A DNA stretch of 64,000 nt from Bdellovibrionales bacterium. Its GTDB lineage: Bacteria > Patescibacteriota > JACMRA01. A model generated the notes under the pieces. The model was not told the origin of the DNA and ran no database searches. It saw only the letters and a program-made list of their open reading frames with translations. The translations under genes and the position numbers were made by a program. The DNA lies in assembly GCA_044378055.1 (NCBI GenBank), contig JBILXY010000002.1, forward strand, positions 27,122 through 91,121. The letters run 5' to 3'. This document shows, one piece after another, positions 63,357-64,000 of the stretch (positions are counted from its first letter, which is position 1; each line of letters begins with the position of its first letter).

Positions 63357-63406
63357 TCAATGAACTGTAATTTTAGGAAACATTTTAAAATCAAACTTTA
63401 CTGAGC

Positions 63407-63450
63407 TTCCCCTCTTGAGGGGTGGCAAATTCAAAGAATTTGACGGGGTG
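63407..63450 (+). repeat. Two-hairpin GC-rich repeat, family B copy.
   Basis: TTCCCCTCTTGAGGGGTGGCAAATTCAAAGAATTTGACGGGGTG. Hairpin 2 is AAATTC-AAA-GAATTT. It lies 11 nt beyond the stop of the 63461 gene. Confidence 0.75.
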
Positions 63451-63460
63451 GACTTTTTCC

Positions 63461-63877
63461 CTACCGCACCAACCCAGGCCTCTTTTCCGCTTCCAACAAA
63501 ACCTTCTTCAACACATCTAAATTTACATCTTCCAGTTTTTTAATATTAATACAACTTTTCCCAACCTTCACCTTACCAAGTTCTTTAGCATGCATTTCAG
63601 CAATATATTCACCGTTATTTAAAGCACAAACATATAGGCTAATATAGTTTTTCTGACTGGCAAGCGAAATTATAGGCCACGAAAGGGTTTCTTTTTTAGA
63701 ATTAAGATAAGTAAAAGAACCAAAACCTATCATATTGCTAGCAAAATACGGCTTGAAGGCAGGCAAAGTTTGGGTTATGAAATTATATAGAAAATTAAAC
63801 ATTTCCTTGCGCCCTGCGGGTACGGATGCTATATAGTCTGGGATGTTTGTGGCTTTGGTGGGTTTGAACATGTTCAT
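63461..63877 (-). CDS. DUF1801 (YdhG-like) domain protein.
   Basis: IPDYIASVPAGRKEMFNFLYNFITQTLPAFKPYFASNMIGFGSF resembles the DUF1801 N-terminal pattern. Confidence 0.55.
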   Translation of the reverse strand: MNMFKPTKATNIPDYIASVPAGRKEMFNFLYNFITQTLPAFKPYFASNMIGFGSFTYLNSKKETLSWPIISLASQKNYISLYVCALNNGEYIAEMHAKELGKVKVGKSCINIKKLEDVNLDVLKKVLLEAEKRPGLVR

Positions 63878-63888
63878 AGGGAGTAGTT

Positions 63889-64000
63889 TTAACTATTTGT
63901 CATTCCTAAAGTTTCGCCATTTTTATTCTTCCATTTGTCTAAACCATTCACACTGTAACCTGTAGCAAATCTTGCGGCCATTGAGGGGCTTTTTAACAAA
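63889..64000 (-). CDS. 3' end of an unidentified gene (partial, runs off the window).
   Basis: The minus-strand frame is open to the window edge and ends ...ARFATGYSVNGLDKWKNKNGETLGMTNS*. Confidence 0.3.
   Translation of the reverse strand, partial: LLKSPSMAARFATGYSVNGLDKWKNKNGETLGMTNS

Noticed and set aside
1-64000. Diversity-generating retroelement, prophage, toxin-antitoxin or known defence-system genes.
   Set aside because: No reverse transcriptase, phage structural or integrase-attachment pattern, or nuclease/ATPase defence pair is recognisable. The only recombinase is Xer-like, and the only transposase is the RAYT-like gene.

Overview
This is an AT-rich (by eye, not computed), gene-dense bacterial chromosome segment that reads well in the standard code. 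I support about 60 protein genes, 2 tRNAs (Thr-GGU and Phe-GAA, both with encoded CCA), and no rRNA, CRISPR array or prophage. The gene content suggests a reduced-genome Patescibacteria/CPR-like organism; this is inference only. The signs are housekeeping proteins carrying large low-complexity insertions (Der, RNase J, Xer, CysRS), a giant DUF11-repeat surface protein, a heliorhodopsin, lone fragments of central metabolism, and many small orphan ORFs.

Recognisable genes:
- Metabolism and pterin/folate-related: zwf-like G6PD, a RibD_C-like reductase, pterin-4a-carbinolamine dehydratase, gpmI, glgP, pepA, a polyprenyl synthase, an AroQ chorismate mutase, a long ThyX-like protein.
- Translation, RNA and GTPases: ABC-F ATPase, rsmI, der, RNase J, rpmH-rnpA (rpmH is missing from the ORF track), cysS, engB, a COG0523 His-rich GTPase.
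- Recombination and mobility: a Xer-type recombinase, an IS200/RAYT-type HUH-Y1 transposase.
- Envelope and glycosylation: a GT26-Nudix fusion, a sugar phosphotransferase, a Dpm1-like GT2 with GtrA and a GT-C module, an ExoD-family protein.
- Other: an Nramp-like transporter, a PHB-depolymerase-type esterase, two tandem beta-propeller paralogs, heliorhodopsin.

Signals the ORF track does not explain:
1. At least four families of short GC-rich structured repeats sit in mosaic islands (7465-8060, 55964-56049, 56607-56711, 63217-63450) and at gene ends. One family has a second hairpin whose sequence differs in every copy yet always stays perfectly paired. Another has REP-like 'hairpin + CTAC' (GTAG on the other strand) architecture.
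2. The RAYT-like transposase gene carries palindromes of this type inside its own reading frame.
3. Two essential genes are present only as 5'-truncated stand-alone ORFs: lepA without its GTPase domain, and only the C-terminal OB/tail portion of dnaE.
4. A promoter, mini-ORF and terminator arrangement lies in front of chorismate mutase.

All family assignments rest on motif recognition by eye. No database search was run.
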